Notes: generated by a model from the sequence alone, not told the origin. Positions 38,903 through 47,969 are shown, counted from the first letter of the stretch. The stretch is 64,000 nucleotides of DNA from Bryobacterales bacterium (GCA_016789755.1 JAEUQG010000088.1:449-64448); one strand, 5' to 3'. Made by a program: numbers and translations.

Positions 38903-40282
38903 ATGTCCGTACTTTCCGTACGTAACCTTTCCTATTCCCATATTCTTGGCGTGTCCCTCTTTGACAACGCCACCTTCTCCATCGATCCCGGCGACCGCAT
39001 CGGCCTCACCGGACCCAACGGCTGCGGCAAAACGACGTTGCTGCGGCTCCTCGCGGGCGACCTCGAACCGCTCCGCGGAGAGATCGTCCGGCGCAAACAT
39101 CTTCGCATTGAAATGTTTTCGCGGCCCGAACGCGAAGACCGTAGCAGCGGCCAGCGCACCCGCGAAGCCATTGCCGCCCTCATGCGGGCCAATGCCGGCC
39201 TCGTCATCCTCGACGAGCCTACCAATCACCTCGACGCCGCCTCCCGCGACTGGCTGGCCAACTGGCTCTTGCGCGACAACGTCACCGCCATTCTGGTTTC
39301 CCATGACCGGGATTTCCTCAACCGTGTGACCAACCGCACCGTCTCCATCGAACGCGGCAAGGTGTCCGTCTACGCTGGCAGCTTCGATGCCGCCCTCGCC
39401 CTCCGCTCCAGCAACGAAGACAGGCAGTGGCAGGACTACGCCGCCCAGCAGCGCAGGCTCGAGGCCGCGGAACAGGCCGCCGAGCGCCGCGACCGCTTGG
39501 CGGCGAAGGTCGCCAAAGCCCCGCCCGGCATCCGCTTGTGCCGCGATTTCTACGGACGGAAAGCTGGAAAAGTCGCCCGCACCGGCAGGCTCCTGCGCGA
39601 GCGCGCCACCCACGCCGAAACCGTCCACAAACCCTGGGAAGAGCAACCCATTCCGGAGTTGGATTTTTCCCGCGTCCCGCCCTCTTCCTCCCTCGCGCTG
39701 CATGTCGAGCGGCTGTCGGCGGGCTACACCGCCGGTAAACCTGTGTTGCGCGACGTGTCGTTCCACACCCACCGCGGCGAGCGCTGGGCCATCACCGGCC
39801 CGAACGGAAGCGGAAAGACAACCCTCCTCCGCGTCCTCCGAAACGAAATCGCCCCCCTTGCCGGCTCGGTGCTTTGGGGCGCCGGGATTCGTGCCGGCTA
39901 CTATGCGCAGGAACATGAACAGTTGAACGATCGCGAATCCCCCCTCGAGGCCTGCCTTCGCATCTCCCCCAACGAGACGGCCGCCCGCACTATGCTCGCC
40001 TGCCTCAAGCTGCGGCAGGACCTCGTCCACCAACCCATCGGCCTGCTCAGCCAGGGCGAGCGCAGCAAAACCGCCCTAACGCAACTACTGCTGGCGAGTA
40101 ACAACGTCCTCCTGCTCGATGAACCCACCAATCACCTCGAGATGGAGGCGCAGGATGCCCTCGCCGCGGCGCTAAAACAATTTCCCGGCCTCCTGTTGTT
40201 TGTCTCCCACGACCAATGGTTCGTGCGCGAAGTCGCCACACACACCCTCGAAATGGGGCAGCAGCCAACAAAGGACGGATAG
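38903..40282 (+). CDS. ABC-F type tandem ATPase (compact, degenerate first NBD)
   Basis: Two Walker A motifs (GPNGCGKTT, GPNGSGKTT) and two Walker B motifs (LVILDEPTNHLD, VLLLDEPTNHLE). Signature-like SSGQRTR and LSQGERSK. A charged linker is present and there is no TM domain. GGAGG lies upstream of the ATG. Confidence 0.85.
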   Translation: MSVLSVRNLSYSHILGVSLFDNATFSIDPGDRIGLTGPNGCGKTTLLRLLAGDLEPLRGEIVRRKHLRIEMFSRPEREDRSSGQRTREAIAALMRANAGLVILDEPTNHLDAASRDWLANWLLRDNVTAILVSHDRDFLNRVTNRTVSIERGKVSVYAGSFDAALALRSSNEDRQWQDYAAQQRRLEAAEQAAERRDRLAAKVAKAPPGIRLCRDFYGRKAGKVARTGRLLRERATHAETVHKPWEEQPIPELDFSRVPPSSSLALHVERLSAGYTAGKPVLRDVSFHTHRGERWAITGPNGSGKTTLLRVLRNEIAPLAGSVLWGAGIRAGYYAQEHEQLNDRESPLEACLRISPNETAARTMLACLKLRQDLVHQPIGLLSQGERSKTALTQLLLASNNVLLLDEPTNHLEMEAQDALAAALKQFPGLLLFVSHDQWFVREVATHTLEMGQQPTKDG

Positions 40283-40561
40283 CTTTCTCTCGAAGGACCA
40301 CCAAGGCAGCGCCGGCCCGCTCGCCAAGATATCGATGGAATTGTACTGGAAGTGCACGCTCTCACTGCGGCGTTTCCCAAACAGGAGACCTGCGGCCTCT
40401 CGTTGCAGATGCGTCGCGCGGCCGTGTCTATTCCGGCAAACATCGCCGAGGGATTCCGCCGTCGTGGCAAGGTGGCGCGTACACCACAGCCATTCTGACT
40501 TCCTCGACTCCTGGCTCCTGACTTCCATATCCCGGATATCAAGGGCGAAGCCCTTGGTTGG
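40283..40561 (+). pseudogene. Decayed four-helix-bundle protein gene (23S rRNA intervening-sequence protein family) remnant
   Basis: The frame after the ABC-F TAG reads ...ARQDIDGIVLEVHALTAAFPKQETCGLSLQMRRAAVSIPANIAEGFRRRGK, the family core motif, then stops at 40496..40498. There is no start codon or N-terminal ~20 aa, and the C-terminal half is recognisable only in another frame (SDFLDSWLLTS). Confidence 0.6.
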
Positions 40562-43500
40562 CTACTTCGGCCCCGCCACCACCCACTTCGCCCCATCCAG
40601 ATCGTTGCGGTAGAACAGCCGCGGAGTCTGCAAACCCTTGCTCTCCCCGGCCACGCCAATCTGAAAGCTCAGCTTGCGGCCATCCCCCTCCGCCTTGCGC
40701 AGTTCCTCGTCCTGCATCTGCGGAACCCGCATCGCCGCATACTGCAACCACTCCAATGCCGACACCTGCCCGTCCCGCGGCAGCGTGTCCGCCTTCCCTC
40801 CCTTCAGCCCTTCTTCCACCAGCGCATACGTCAGGTACCCGTGCCCCAGCCGCGAAGTCTCCAGCGCTGCCTGTTGCGCCTGCGCCGCCGCCAGCACCAG
40901 CATTCCCTTTTCGTATGCCAGTTGCGCCAGCCCCCGGCTATTCATCGGACCGCGCCGGCTGTCATCGCTCTCCAGCAACTGCCCCGACTGGCACGAATCA
41001 ATCACCAGCATCACCCGGCCCGCGTCCATCCCTACCAGAGCTTCCTCCAGATCCAGATCCGTCACACCCCGCTTTACCAGCGAAGGCAGCGCCTCCCTCA
41101 TTCCCGCCGCCGCCCCGTCATAGCCCAGATCGTGCGCCGCCATCACAAACCGGTCGCCATAGGCGAACCCGTGCCCGGCGAAGAACACAATCACGGCATC
41201 CTCCGGCTTCGACGCCTCGCGAATACCGCGCAGCGCATCCATCGCCGCGGCCTTCGTCGCCCCGCCATCCTCCAGCACCTTCACCTCCACCCGCTCGTAC
41301 TCGCCGCGCTCTTCCGCCTTCTCTTTCACCGCCGCGGCAAACGCCCGCGCATCGGCCACCGCATAGCGCAGATCGAACGCGCTATTCGAATAACGGTTGA
41401 TCCCCACCGCCACAACACGCAACGTTGGCTTGCGCCGCAACGACTCGTCCCCAACCACAACCGCCGCCGCCTCCGCACTGCGAATATTGTCCCGGTTGAA
41501 AGCATACGCAGTCAGCTTGTTCTCCCCTGCCACCAGCGCCACATCCGCTTCCAGATCCGCCGCCCCCTCTGCATCCAACACCACCGCGCCACTCCACTTG
41601 CGCACCAGCGACCCGTTGCGAAACAGGCGCACATCGCGCACCCCGCTCCCATCCGCTCCGCCGCGGATCTCCCGCACTCCCACCTGCACGCGAGCCACTC
41701 GCGCATCCTTCCCCACCGCACGAACCCGCACCTCCGGCTGTCTCCGGTCCACGCTCGTAATCACACGCGCCGGCGCCACCCGCGTCCCACGCAGCAACTC
41801 CGCCAGCAGTCCAGGACGAAAATATTCATTGAAGTACATCTCGCCCGCCAGCGCTTCACTGCTCCCCCGGTCCACCCAATGAACCGTATTCCAACCACCC
41901 GGCGTCCCGTCGAAAAGCCCCTCCGCAGTCGTGACCAGCCAGTCCCCATTCCCCAATGCGCGAAGCCGCCCAAGCTCCTTCCCCGTTTCGAGCGACAACA
42001 CCGCAACCCCATCCCCAACCGGCTGGATCACCGCCTTCCCGCCAGGAAGGAATCTCGCACTCTGAAACCCGGTGGATTCGAGCTGTGTCACCATCCGCCC
42101 CGAACCAAGCTCGTACACCGTCGACGTCCCGCCCAATCCGGTGGCCGACATGGGAGCCGAAGCCAACAACAGCCGTCCATCGGGCGAAATCGCGTACGGC
42201 AGCCGCATCTCCGACCCCGCAATCGGCGCTATCTCCCTGCCCGCCGCAACATCGAACCTTCGGATAGGTCCACCCAACGCTCCCGATCCCATCGCCACCA
42301 TCGATCCGTCCGGGCTCAACAACATCGCCTGCGCGTTCAACTCCGCGCCCGGCGCGAACGAAACCAACTTCGTCCCGTTCCTCAGGTCGAACACATGCAT
42401 CTCGGAGCCGTACCGTAGCGGCTTCTTCTTCGACGGAAAAGGAGTCACCGCCACCGCCAGCCGCGATCCATCGCTGTTTACCGCGGAACTCCCGCCCAGG
42501 AACACATCCGGAATGCTCACGCTTCCCTCCACCTTCCCGCTGGCGGCTTCTCTCACCGTAAGGACAAGTTTCAGATCCGATAGACCGCGCCGCGTCACCC
42601 GCGATTCGGACTTCGTCTCCATCAGGTAACCGGACTGCGAGCCCAGCGCTTGCGCCGATTCGAACGTACCCCCAGGGATGGGCTGTCCCGTACTCAGATC
42701 GAACCGCGTCACAGGCGTCTTCCACATCGGCGCACCCGCCGGCATCCGGCGCGCGGCGGCACTCTCGTAGACTTTGTCCACCGTCCCCACTGCCGCCATC
42801 GATCGCCCATCCCGGCCAAACACAATCGAGGTGGTCCCCTCCGGGATGGCGATGCGCACCGGCGCCCGATTCCCCGTCGCCGTGTCCCACCGGTCCACGT
42901 AATTGTCCAAGGACCGGACATACAGCCATCGCGAGTCCGGACTCGACCCCGCCAGCGCCACCGTTGTCGGAAGAGCGGAAGCAACTTCGTTCGCCGCAGT
43001 CACCCTTCCTGCCGGTACCGCCGAGCTTGGCTCGATCGCAACAACCTGCAACACCCCATTCTCCAAAAACGCCGCCCGTCTCCCTTCCCGGTCAATCGCC
43101 GCCATCCGCATCGACCCTTGCGCCGGCAACAGCAAACCTGGAGCAGGCCCCAACACCCTCCCCGTGTCCACATCCAGCAATCGCAGATTCGCAACATCCT
43201 GCGAGCCCGCAACCACGTACGGCCCTTCTCCCAAAGGCATCGCGAACCCCTCTTTGCCCTCCGCGATAATCCTCCGCGTGGCGGCGTCCATCAACCGCCA
43301 GCCCTGGCCCGAGGACCGGACTTCAATCAGACGCCGGCCATCTTTTCCCGCTACCATCGCCACCCCCTCAACATCTGGCGCAACCACCTGCCCGCGCTCC
43401 AGATCGTAAACCCGCCCCCCCGTCCTGCTCACCATCATCGTTGCCCATTTGCCGCTTGGATGAAGCAAGCAGTAAGCCCCCACGATGTCAGTCCGCGTGC

Positions 43501-43981
43501 GCCTCCCCGTCTCCAGATCGAATCGCTCTACCCGCGCCGATTGGGCAGTTCCTTCCCCATCCGCGATGCAGGCGACCACCGAACTCCCCACTTCCGGCAC
43601 AGCCAGTTGCAATACCCCGCGCAGGAAACTTCCCTCGGCGCCGCCCAGCGCTTGCTCCCACAGCTTTCGGCCCTCCTTCACATCGAACACCATCACCGAC
43701 CGGTTCGTACCCACCGCCAGCAGATCCCGCACCGGATGCGCCGCCAGCCACACCGAAAACGCACTCGCATCCACCGCAAAGCTTCGTACCTTCTGCTTCG
43801 TCCCGGCATCGTAGAGATCCACCAATCCCGGGTTCACCGACACCGCCACCCACCGGCTTTGCGGCCCGAACGCCGCAACCTCAAGCCGGCCCCAACTCGC
43901 CCCTTCCCTGACCTGAATTCCCACCGTATCCGTCACCTGCCCCATCGCCGCCATGCTCAGTAGAAAAACAATATTCCGCAT
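40562..43981 (-). CDS. Exported beta-propeller repeat protein with C-terminal caspase (peptidase C14) domain
   Basis: Trimmed to the ATG at 43981 (MRNIVFLLSMAAMGQ, signal-like). About 700 aa of blade-like repeats (LLSPDGSMVAMGS, AISPDGRLLLASA, VNSDGSRLAVAV, FGRDGRSMAAVG...). The C14 domain has LRVVAVGINRY, the His of FFAGHG (41171..41173) and the Cys of VIDSCQSG (40991..40993). Confidence 0.9.
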   Translation of the reverse strand: MRNIVFLLSMAAMGQVTDTVGIQVREGASWGRLEVAAFGPQSRWVAVSVNPGLVDLYDAGTKQKVRSFAVDASAFSVWLAAHPVRDLLAVGTNRSVMVFDVKEGRKLWEQALGGAEGSFLRGVLQLAVPEVGSSVVACIADGEGTAQSARVERFDLETGRRTRTDIVGAYCLLHPSGKWATMMVSRTGGRVYDLERGQVVAPDVEGVAMVAGKDGRRLIEVRSSGQGWRLMDAATRRIIAEGKEGFAMPLGEGPYVVAGSQDVANLRLLDVDTGRVLGPAPGLLLPAQGSMRMAAIDREGRRAAFLENGVLQVVAIEPSSAVPAGRVTAANEVASALPTTVALAGSSPDSRWLYVRSLDNYVDRWDTATGNRAPVRIAIPEGTTSIVFGRDGRSMAAVGTVDKVYESAAARRMPAGAPMWKTPVTRFDLSTGQPIPGGTFESAQALGSQSGYLMETKSESRVTRRGLSDLKLVLTVREAASGKVEGSVSIPDVFLGGSSAVNSDGSRLAVAVTPFPSKKKPLRYGSEMHVFDLRNGTKLVSFAPGAELNAQAMLLSPDGSMVAMGSGALGGPIRRFDVAAGREIAPIAGSEMRLPYAISPDGRLLLASAPMSATGLGGTSTVYELGSGRMVTQLESTGFQSARFLPGGKAVIQPVGDGVAVLSLETGKELGRLRALGNGDWLVTTAEGLFDGTPGGWNTVHWVDRGSSEALAGEMYFNEYFRPGLLAELLRGTRVAPARVITSVDRRQPEVRVRAVGKDARVARVQVGVREIRGGADGSGVRDVRLFRNGSLVRKWSGAVVLDAEGAADLEADVALVAGENKLTAYAFNRDNIRSAEAAAVVVGDESLRRKPTLRVVAVGINRYSNSAFDLRYAVADARAFAAAVKEKAEERGEYERVEVKVLEDGGATKAAAMDALRGIREASKPEDAVIVFFAGHGFAYGDRFVMAAHDLGYDGAAAGMREALPSLVKRGVTDLDLEEALVGMDAGRVMLVIDSCQSGQLLESDDSRRGPMNSRGLAQLAYEKGMLVLAAAQAQQAALETSRLGHGYLTYALVEEGLKGGKADTLPRDGQVSALEWLQYAAMRVPQMQDEELRKAEGDGRKLSFQIGVAGESKGLQTPRLFYRNDLDGAKWVVAGPK

Positions 43982-43999
43982 CGCTTCCCTCCTCCTCAC

Positions 44000-45070
44000 T
44001 CACGGACGTGGGATGTTCCGCCGCCACCGCCGTGACAACGTATCCCCAGCCCCGCAGTCCAGGTCCAGCACATGCCAGTCGAAGTAGCTGTCCACCCGGT
44101 ACGTGAAGCTGCACCTCCGCCCGTTGAACGTCGCCTCCGTCGCTCCCGCCTGAAACGTCCCGCTGCGCCGCACCCCTGTCGTTCCGTCGAACAGCGCGAA
44201 CGTGCCATCGGCGCTGATCTCCATGTTCGTGTAGCCGCTATAGTCCATCCACCGCCCCGCAAACGGCACAGCGCTTGCCCGCGGCGCAGGATGCGACACC
44301 GCCGCCGGCGGATTCTCCATCAGCACCGCCGATGCCCCGCCTGTTCTCCTCCATACCTGCATCGCGCCCCCGCACTGCATGCGCATGATCTGATTCCCGC
44401 TCCCCACATCCGTCGTCACCCCCAGAAACTGACACGGAGCATTGTTGTTGATCGCAAACTCGCGGCCCGACAATCGCCACGTGCCGTCTCCCGTTTCCCC
44501 GCTCTGCGAATTGTAATACCGGAACGTCCCGTTCAGCCTCAGCTCCAACGTCGCCACATTCGACGAATACGGCCGCCACTGCCCCGCGATCGCCGCCATC
44601 TCACCTCCCGCGCCAACCACTCCGCCACCCGCCCCGCCTCGCGACACCATCGACCTCCGGTTCCGCTCCGGACCCGTCGCCGTAATGGTCCCCGCCGACC
44701 GGTCCACCCCATCCAGCAATTGCACCCGTACAACCCCGCCTTCGGCCCGCATCCGGAACGGCAATGCTTGCCCCTTCAAATTCAGCGGCGTCACCCACTC
44801 ACCCGGAATGGCGTCGAACGTGTAATGCGGCTCCCCAATCTCCCAATTCGTAATGTTCGGACCGCCCGGCGTCCCCTCCGGAGCCGAGATCGTTCCCGTC
44901 AGGTCGTTGATCACAATCCAATCCACCCGGCTGTGAATGGCAAACGGCCGGCATTGCGGCGCATGATCGGCGAATGCCGTCCTGCTGCGCATCGCCTCGC
45001 AGCGAACTCGCGGCTGGGCCGAAGCCAACCCCGCGAAAACAACCAAACCCAGCATCAGGGCGCCACTCAT
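44000..45070 (-). CDS. Hypothetical exported protein with internal ~85-aa duplication
   Basis: An ATG at 45070 follows AGGAGGGGGA and gives the signal-like MSGALMLGLVVFAGLASAQ. An upstream ATG at 45277 also has a GGAG 9 nt upstream. Two similar segments are present (IAGQWRPYSS...NGTF...CGG...WRR and FAGRWMDYSG...DGTF...CGAG...WRR). No family recognised. Confidence 0.7.
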   Translation of the reverse strand: MSGALMLGLVVFAGLASAQPRVRCEAMRSRTAFADHAPQCRPFAIHSRVDWIVINDLTGTISAPEGTPGGPNITNWEIGEPHYTFDAIPGEWVTPLNLKGQALPFRMRAEGGVVRVQLLDGVDRSAGTITATGPERNRRSMVSRGGAGGGVVGAGGEMAAIAGQWRPYSSNVATLELRLNGTFRYYNSQSGETGDGTWRLSGREFAINNNAPCQFLGVTTDVGSGNQIMRMQCGGAMQVWRRTGGASAVLMENPPAAVSHPAPRASAVPFAGRWMDYSGYTNMEISADGTFALFDGTTGVRRSGTFQAGATEATFNGRRCSFTYRVDSYFDWHVLDLDCGAGDTLSRRWRRNIPRP

Positions 45071-45364
45071 TCCCCCTCCTCTCAACCAACTTCCTGCACC
45101 CATCGGGCTCACCAGCGGCAGTTGCCACGCCTTGCACAACACAGCCACTTCACTCGCCAGCGGCCCCGGACCCGCCGCCGCCACCACACCCGCCCATTCC
45201 GGTCTCACCTCCCTCTGGTAATGAGCCCGCTGCGCCGGGCTCGCTGTCCCGCCGCCAATGCTTGCCGTTCGATTCATTGCGGCATTCTCCTTCCCGCCCG
45301 GCGCTTCTCTCCGCCGGGTCTCAATTGGGTAGGCGCAGCTTTTCGCAAAATCCCAAAACTTTTT

Positions 45365-46231
45365 TCACTCCACCGCGATTTCATACCGGAACAGCAGCGC
45401 TTGCCCGGCGTTCGCCGCCACATGCAACAGCATCTGCGGCATCGGATCGTCCTGCGTCAGCAGCTTGCCCCCTTCCCCCGCCGCGCTCTTCTCCAACTCC
45501 GTCCACAGATCCCGCGATCCCGCCGCCAGATCCAAACGAGTCACCGCTTGCCCCCACTCCCGCTCCATCTTCTCCACCAGGCTCCGCGGTAACCGCCTTG
45601 CTTCCGCCCCCGGCGCAAGTTCCTCCAACGGCTTTCCCGTCACCACAATCAGTAACTCCTCCCCCACCTGATCCGCACCGGCCATCTCCAGCGTCATCGC
45701 CGGCAATTCGTCCGTTTGCGCCGGAATATCCACCATCATCCCCGCCTGTACCCGGTTATCGCCCTTCCGTATGCCCCTTTGCGGAAAAACCAGGAACGGA
45801 TCGCCCGTCTTCCCTCCGCGGAACTTCTCGCGGTCGATCACATACAAATACCCGTCCCTCGGCACCTCGATCGAAACCCGCACTTTCGTCCCGTTCGCTA
45901 GCGCAGTCCCGCTCGACACCCGTTCCGCCACCATGCCCACCTTCTCCTTCGATTGCGGACGGTACACCAACAATCGGGGAGCACGCCCATCGCCCGCATT
46001 GGGTTCCCGCAGCCGCCACACCGTAACCCCAACAGCCGATCCACCTCCAACAGGAGCGCTGCTTTGCGCCCCCACGCTGTACTTCACCGCCGGTCGTGCT
46101 TTCCCCACCTTGCCAGCCGGCCGCTTCTGCCGGAAACCGCTATCCCAGATCTGACGCAACCCATCGTCCTGACCGGCTGCTGTCCCTGTCACCGATAAAA
46201 TGCAGCCGAGCCACAAAACCCTAACGTCCAT
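45365..46231 (-). CDS. Secreted DUF4384-like domain protein
   Basis: Trimmed to the ATG at 46231 (MDVRVLWLGCILSVTGTAAGQ, signal-like). The core is GTKVRVSIEVPRDGYLYVIDREKF....DPFLVFPQ.....DNRVQAGMMVDIP......GEELLIVVTGKP. Confidence 0.75.
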   Translation of the reverse strand: MDVRVLWLGCILSVTGTAAGQDDGLRQIWDSGFRQKRPAGKVGKARPAVKYSVGAQSSAPVGGGSAVGVTVWRLREPNAGDGRAPRLLVYRPQSKEKVGMVAERVSSGTALANGTKVRVSIEVPRDGYLYVIDREKFRGGKTGDPFLVFPQRGIRKGDNRVQAGMMVDIPAQTDELPAMTLEMAGADQVGEELLIVVTGKPLEELAPGAEARRLPRSLVEKMEREWGQAVTRLDLAAGSRDLWTELEKSAAGEGGKLLTQDDPMPQMLLHVAANAGQALLFRYEIAVE

Positions 46232-46328
46232 GGAACCCCCTCCTCCGCAAACTATCACGTGTCACTCTGTAGCGCGCTCACCAACAGCCCATGTTTTTCT
46301 AACGAAAATCTAACGTCCCCTGCCCGCT

Positions 46329-47969
46329 CTACTCCACCGCCACCTCCACCGCCCATGCAAACCCCTCCCCCGGACCCTCCACCGTAGCCTCTCCCTTCCC
46401 CTCCACAAACTCAACTCCCGCCCGCAGTCTCCCCAGCAGCTTCCGTACCGCCTCACGCTGACTCGCCGCCACCACCTCCCGCGCTTCCGATAGCCCTAAC
46501 GATGCCGGCTCCAACTCCACCATCGGCTTCGCACCCCAAATCAGCCAAAGAACGTTGCGTCCTCTCTCCGCCTCAAACCAACTGCTTTCCGGAATCGTGA
46601 ACGACTGCCCCGCTTTGAGAAACGAGAGCCCCCGATTGGCCGTCGGCGACGGAAAAAGCGCCACCAGCGGCGCCTTCCCCCGCTGCTCCGAATAGACGTA
46701 TAGAAAGCCGTCTTTGCCCGCCCTCACCTCCAATCGAAATCCCTCCGATCGCCCAAGCGCCAACCTATCCCTCACCTGTCTTCGCCCCCCATCCCGTCCC
46801 ACAATCGTGAAGGAGAACCTCGCCCTTTCCGCCGCCCCCCTCATCACCGGCGCCGGCGCCTGCCCTTCCCAACCGCGAAAAGCAACCCATGCTCCCGCCA
46901 TCGATACCAAACCCAGCAGACCAACCAGCACCCGCCTCTGCCCGCCTCGCTTCCCCCCTCCCTCCAACAACGTCTGCGCCAGCCGCCGCCCGAACTCCGC
47001 CGCATTCTCCGGCCTCCTCCGCGCATCCACCGCAAGCGCCGCCGCGATCAGTTCATCGGTCTCCCCAGGAATCTCCGGCCGTATCGTCTTCGCCCGCTTC
47101 CACTCCCCATCCCGCCGCAGAAACATCCGCCGCAACTCATTGTCCGCCTCGAACGGCAACACTCCCGTGAGAATTTCGTACGCCACCACCCCGAACGCGT
47201 AAATATCCGACGCCTTCCCCAATTGCCCGTCCCACTGCTCCGGAGCCATGTAAGCCTCCGTTCCCACCAGCGTCCTCGTCACCGCTCCGCTGCCGTCCGC
47301 CGCCAGCAGGCCCGCGATTCCGAAGTCGATCAGCTTCACGTGATATTCCCCGCCCGCCAGCGGCTGCAGCATGATGTTGGCCGGCTTCAGATCGCGGTGC
47401 AGAATCCTCGCCGCGTGCGCCGCATCCAACGCTCCCCCAATCTGCCGCACCAGATCCGCCGCCACCTCCAGCGCCACGGGTCCGCCCCGAATCAACTCCT
47501 CCAGCGGGATCCCCTCCACATACTGCATCACCAGGTACGGAGTGCCTTCCTCGAACGGCGTCCCCTTCTCCAGCCGTCCCGTGCCGAGCAGCCCCACTAC
47601 CCCCGGATGCCGCAGTTGCGCCAGCGCCTTGGCCTCTTCCTCGAACTTCCGCTCGTGCCACGCGCTCGCCGATACGTGCCGCAGCACCTTCACCACCACA
47701 AGCTGCCCGTAGGTCCTCGAATCCTCCGCCAGAAAAACTATCCCGAATCCCCCTTCCCCTAACTTGCGAACCACGCGGTAGCGCCCCGCCAGCACCAGTC
47801 CCTCCCCGTCCGCCGTCGCCTCCGCCCCCGCCCGCAACAATGACAACACCTCGTCCCGTACCGCGCGATCCCCGGTGGCCCCATCGACATACTGCTGCCG
47901 CTGCCACTCCGGCAGATCCACCGCCCCTGCCAGAATCTCTTTCACCCTGCGCTGCTGCTCAGGACTCAA
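46329..47969 (-). CDS. Transmembrane Ser/Thr protein kinase with DUF4384-like ectodomain
   Basis: Hanks motifs GEGGFGIVF, VVVKVL, HRDLKPANIML, DFGIAG, GTEAYMAPEQ. One TM segment (VLVGLLGLVSMAGAWVAF). The ectodomain reads FRLEVRAGKDGFLYVYSEQRGKAPLVALFPSP...LKAGQSFTIP...NVLWLIWGAKP. 11-bp overlap with the sigma gene. Confidence 0.92.
   Translation of the reverse strand: MSPEQQRRVKEILAGAVDLPEWQRQQYVDGATGDRAVRDEVLSLLRAGAEATADGEGLVLAGRYRVVRKLGEGGFGIVFLAEDSRTYGQLVVVKVLRHVSASAWHERKFEEEAKALAQLRHPGVVGLLGTGRLEKGTPFEEGTPYLVMQYVEGIPLEELIRGGPVALEVAADLVRQIGGALDAAHAARILHRDLKPANIMLQPLAGGEYHVKLIDFGIAGLLAADGSGAVTRTLVGTEAYMAPEQWDGQLGKASDIYAFGVVAYEILTGVLPFEADNELRRMFLRRDGEWKRAKTIRPEIPGETDELIAAALAVDARRRPENAAEFGRRLAQTLLEGGGKRGGQRRVLVGLLGLVSMAGAWVAFRGWEGQAPAPVMRGAAERARFSFTIVGRDGGRRQVRDRLALGRSEGFRLEVRAGKDGFLYVYSEQRGKAPLVALFPSPTANRGLSFLKAGQSFTIPESSWFEAERGRNVLWLIWGAKPMVELEPASLGLSEAREVVAASQREAVRKLLGRLRAGVEFVEGKGEATVEGPGEGFAWAVEVAVE

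Noticed and set aside
38633-40033. 466-aa minus-strand ORF
   Set aside because: It is entirely antisense to the ABC-F gene, which has clear Walker A/B and signature motifs. The product is G/A/E-rich with no recognisable domain.
40558-43963. Several long plus-strand P/R/H-rich ORFs (40558..41400, 40841..42418, 42650..43963)
   Set aside because: They are antisense to the propeller-caspase gene. Their composition is driven by the extreme C-richness of the top strand. No domains were recognised.
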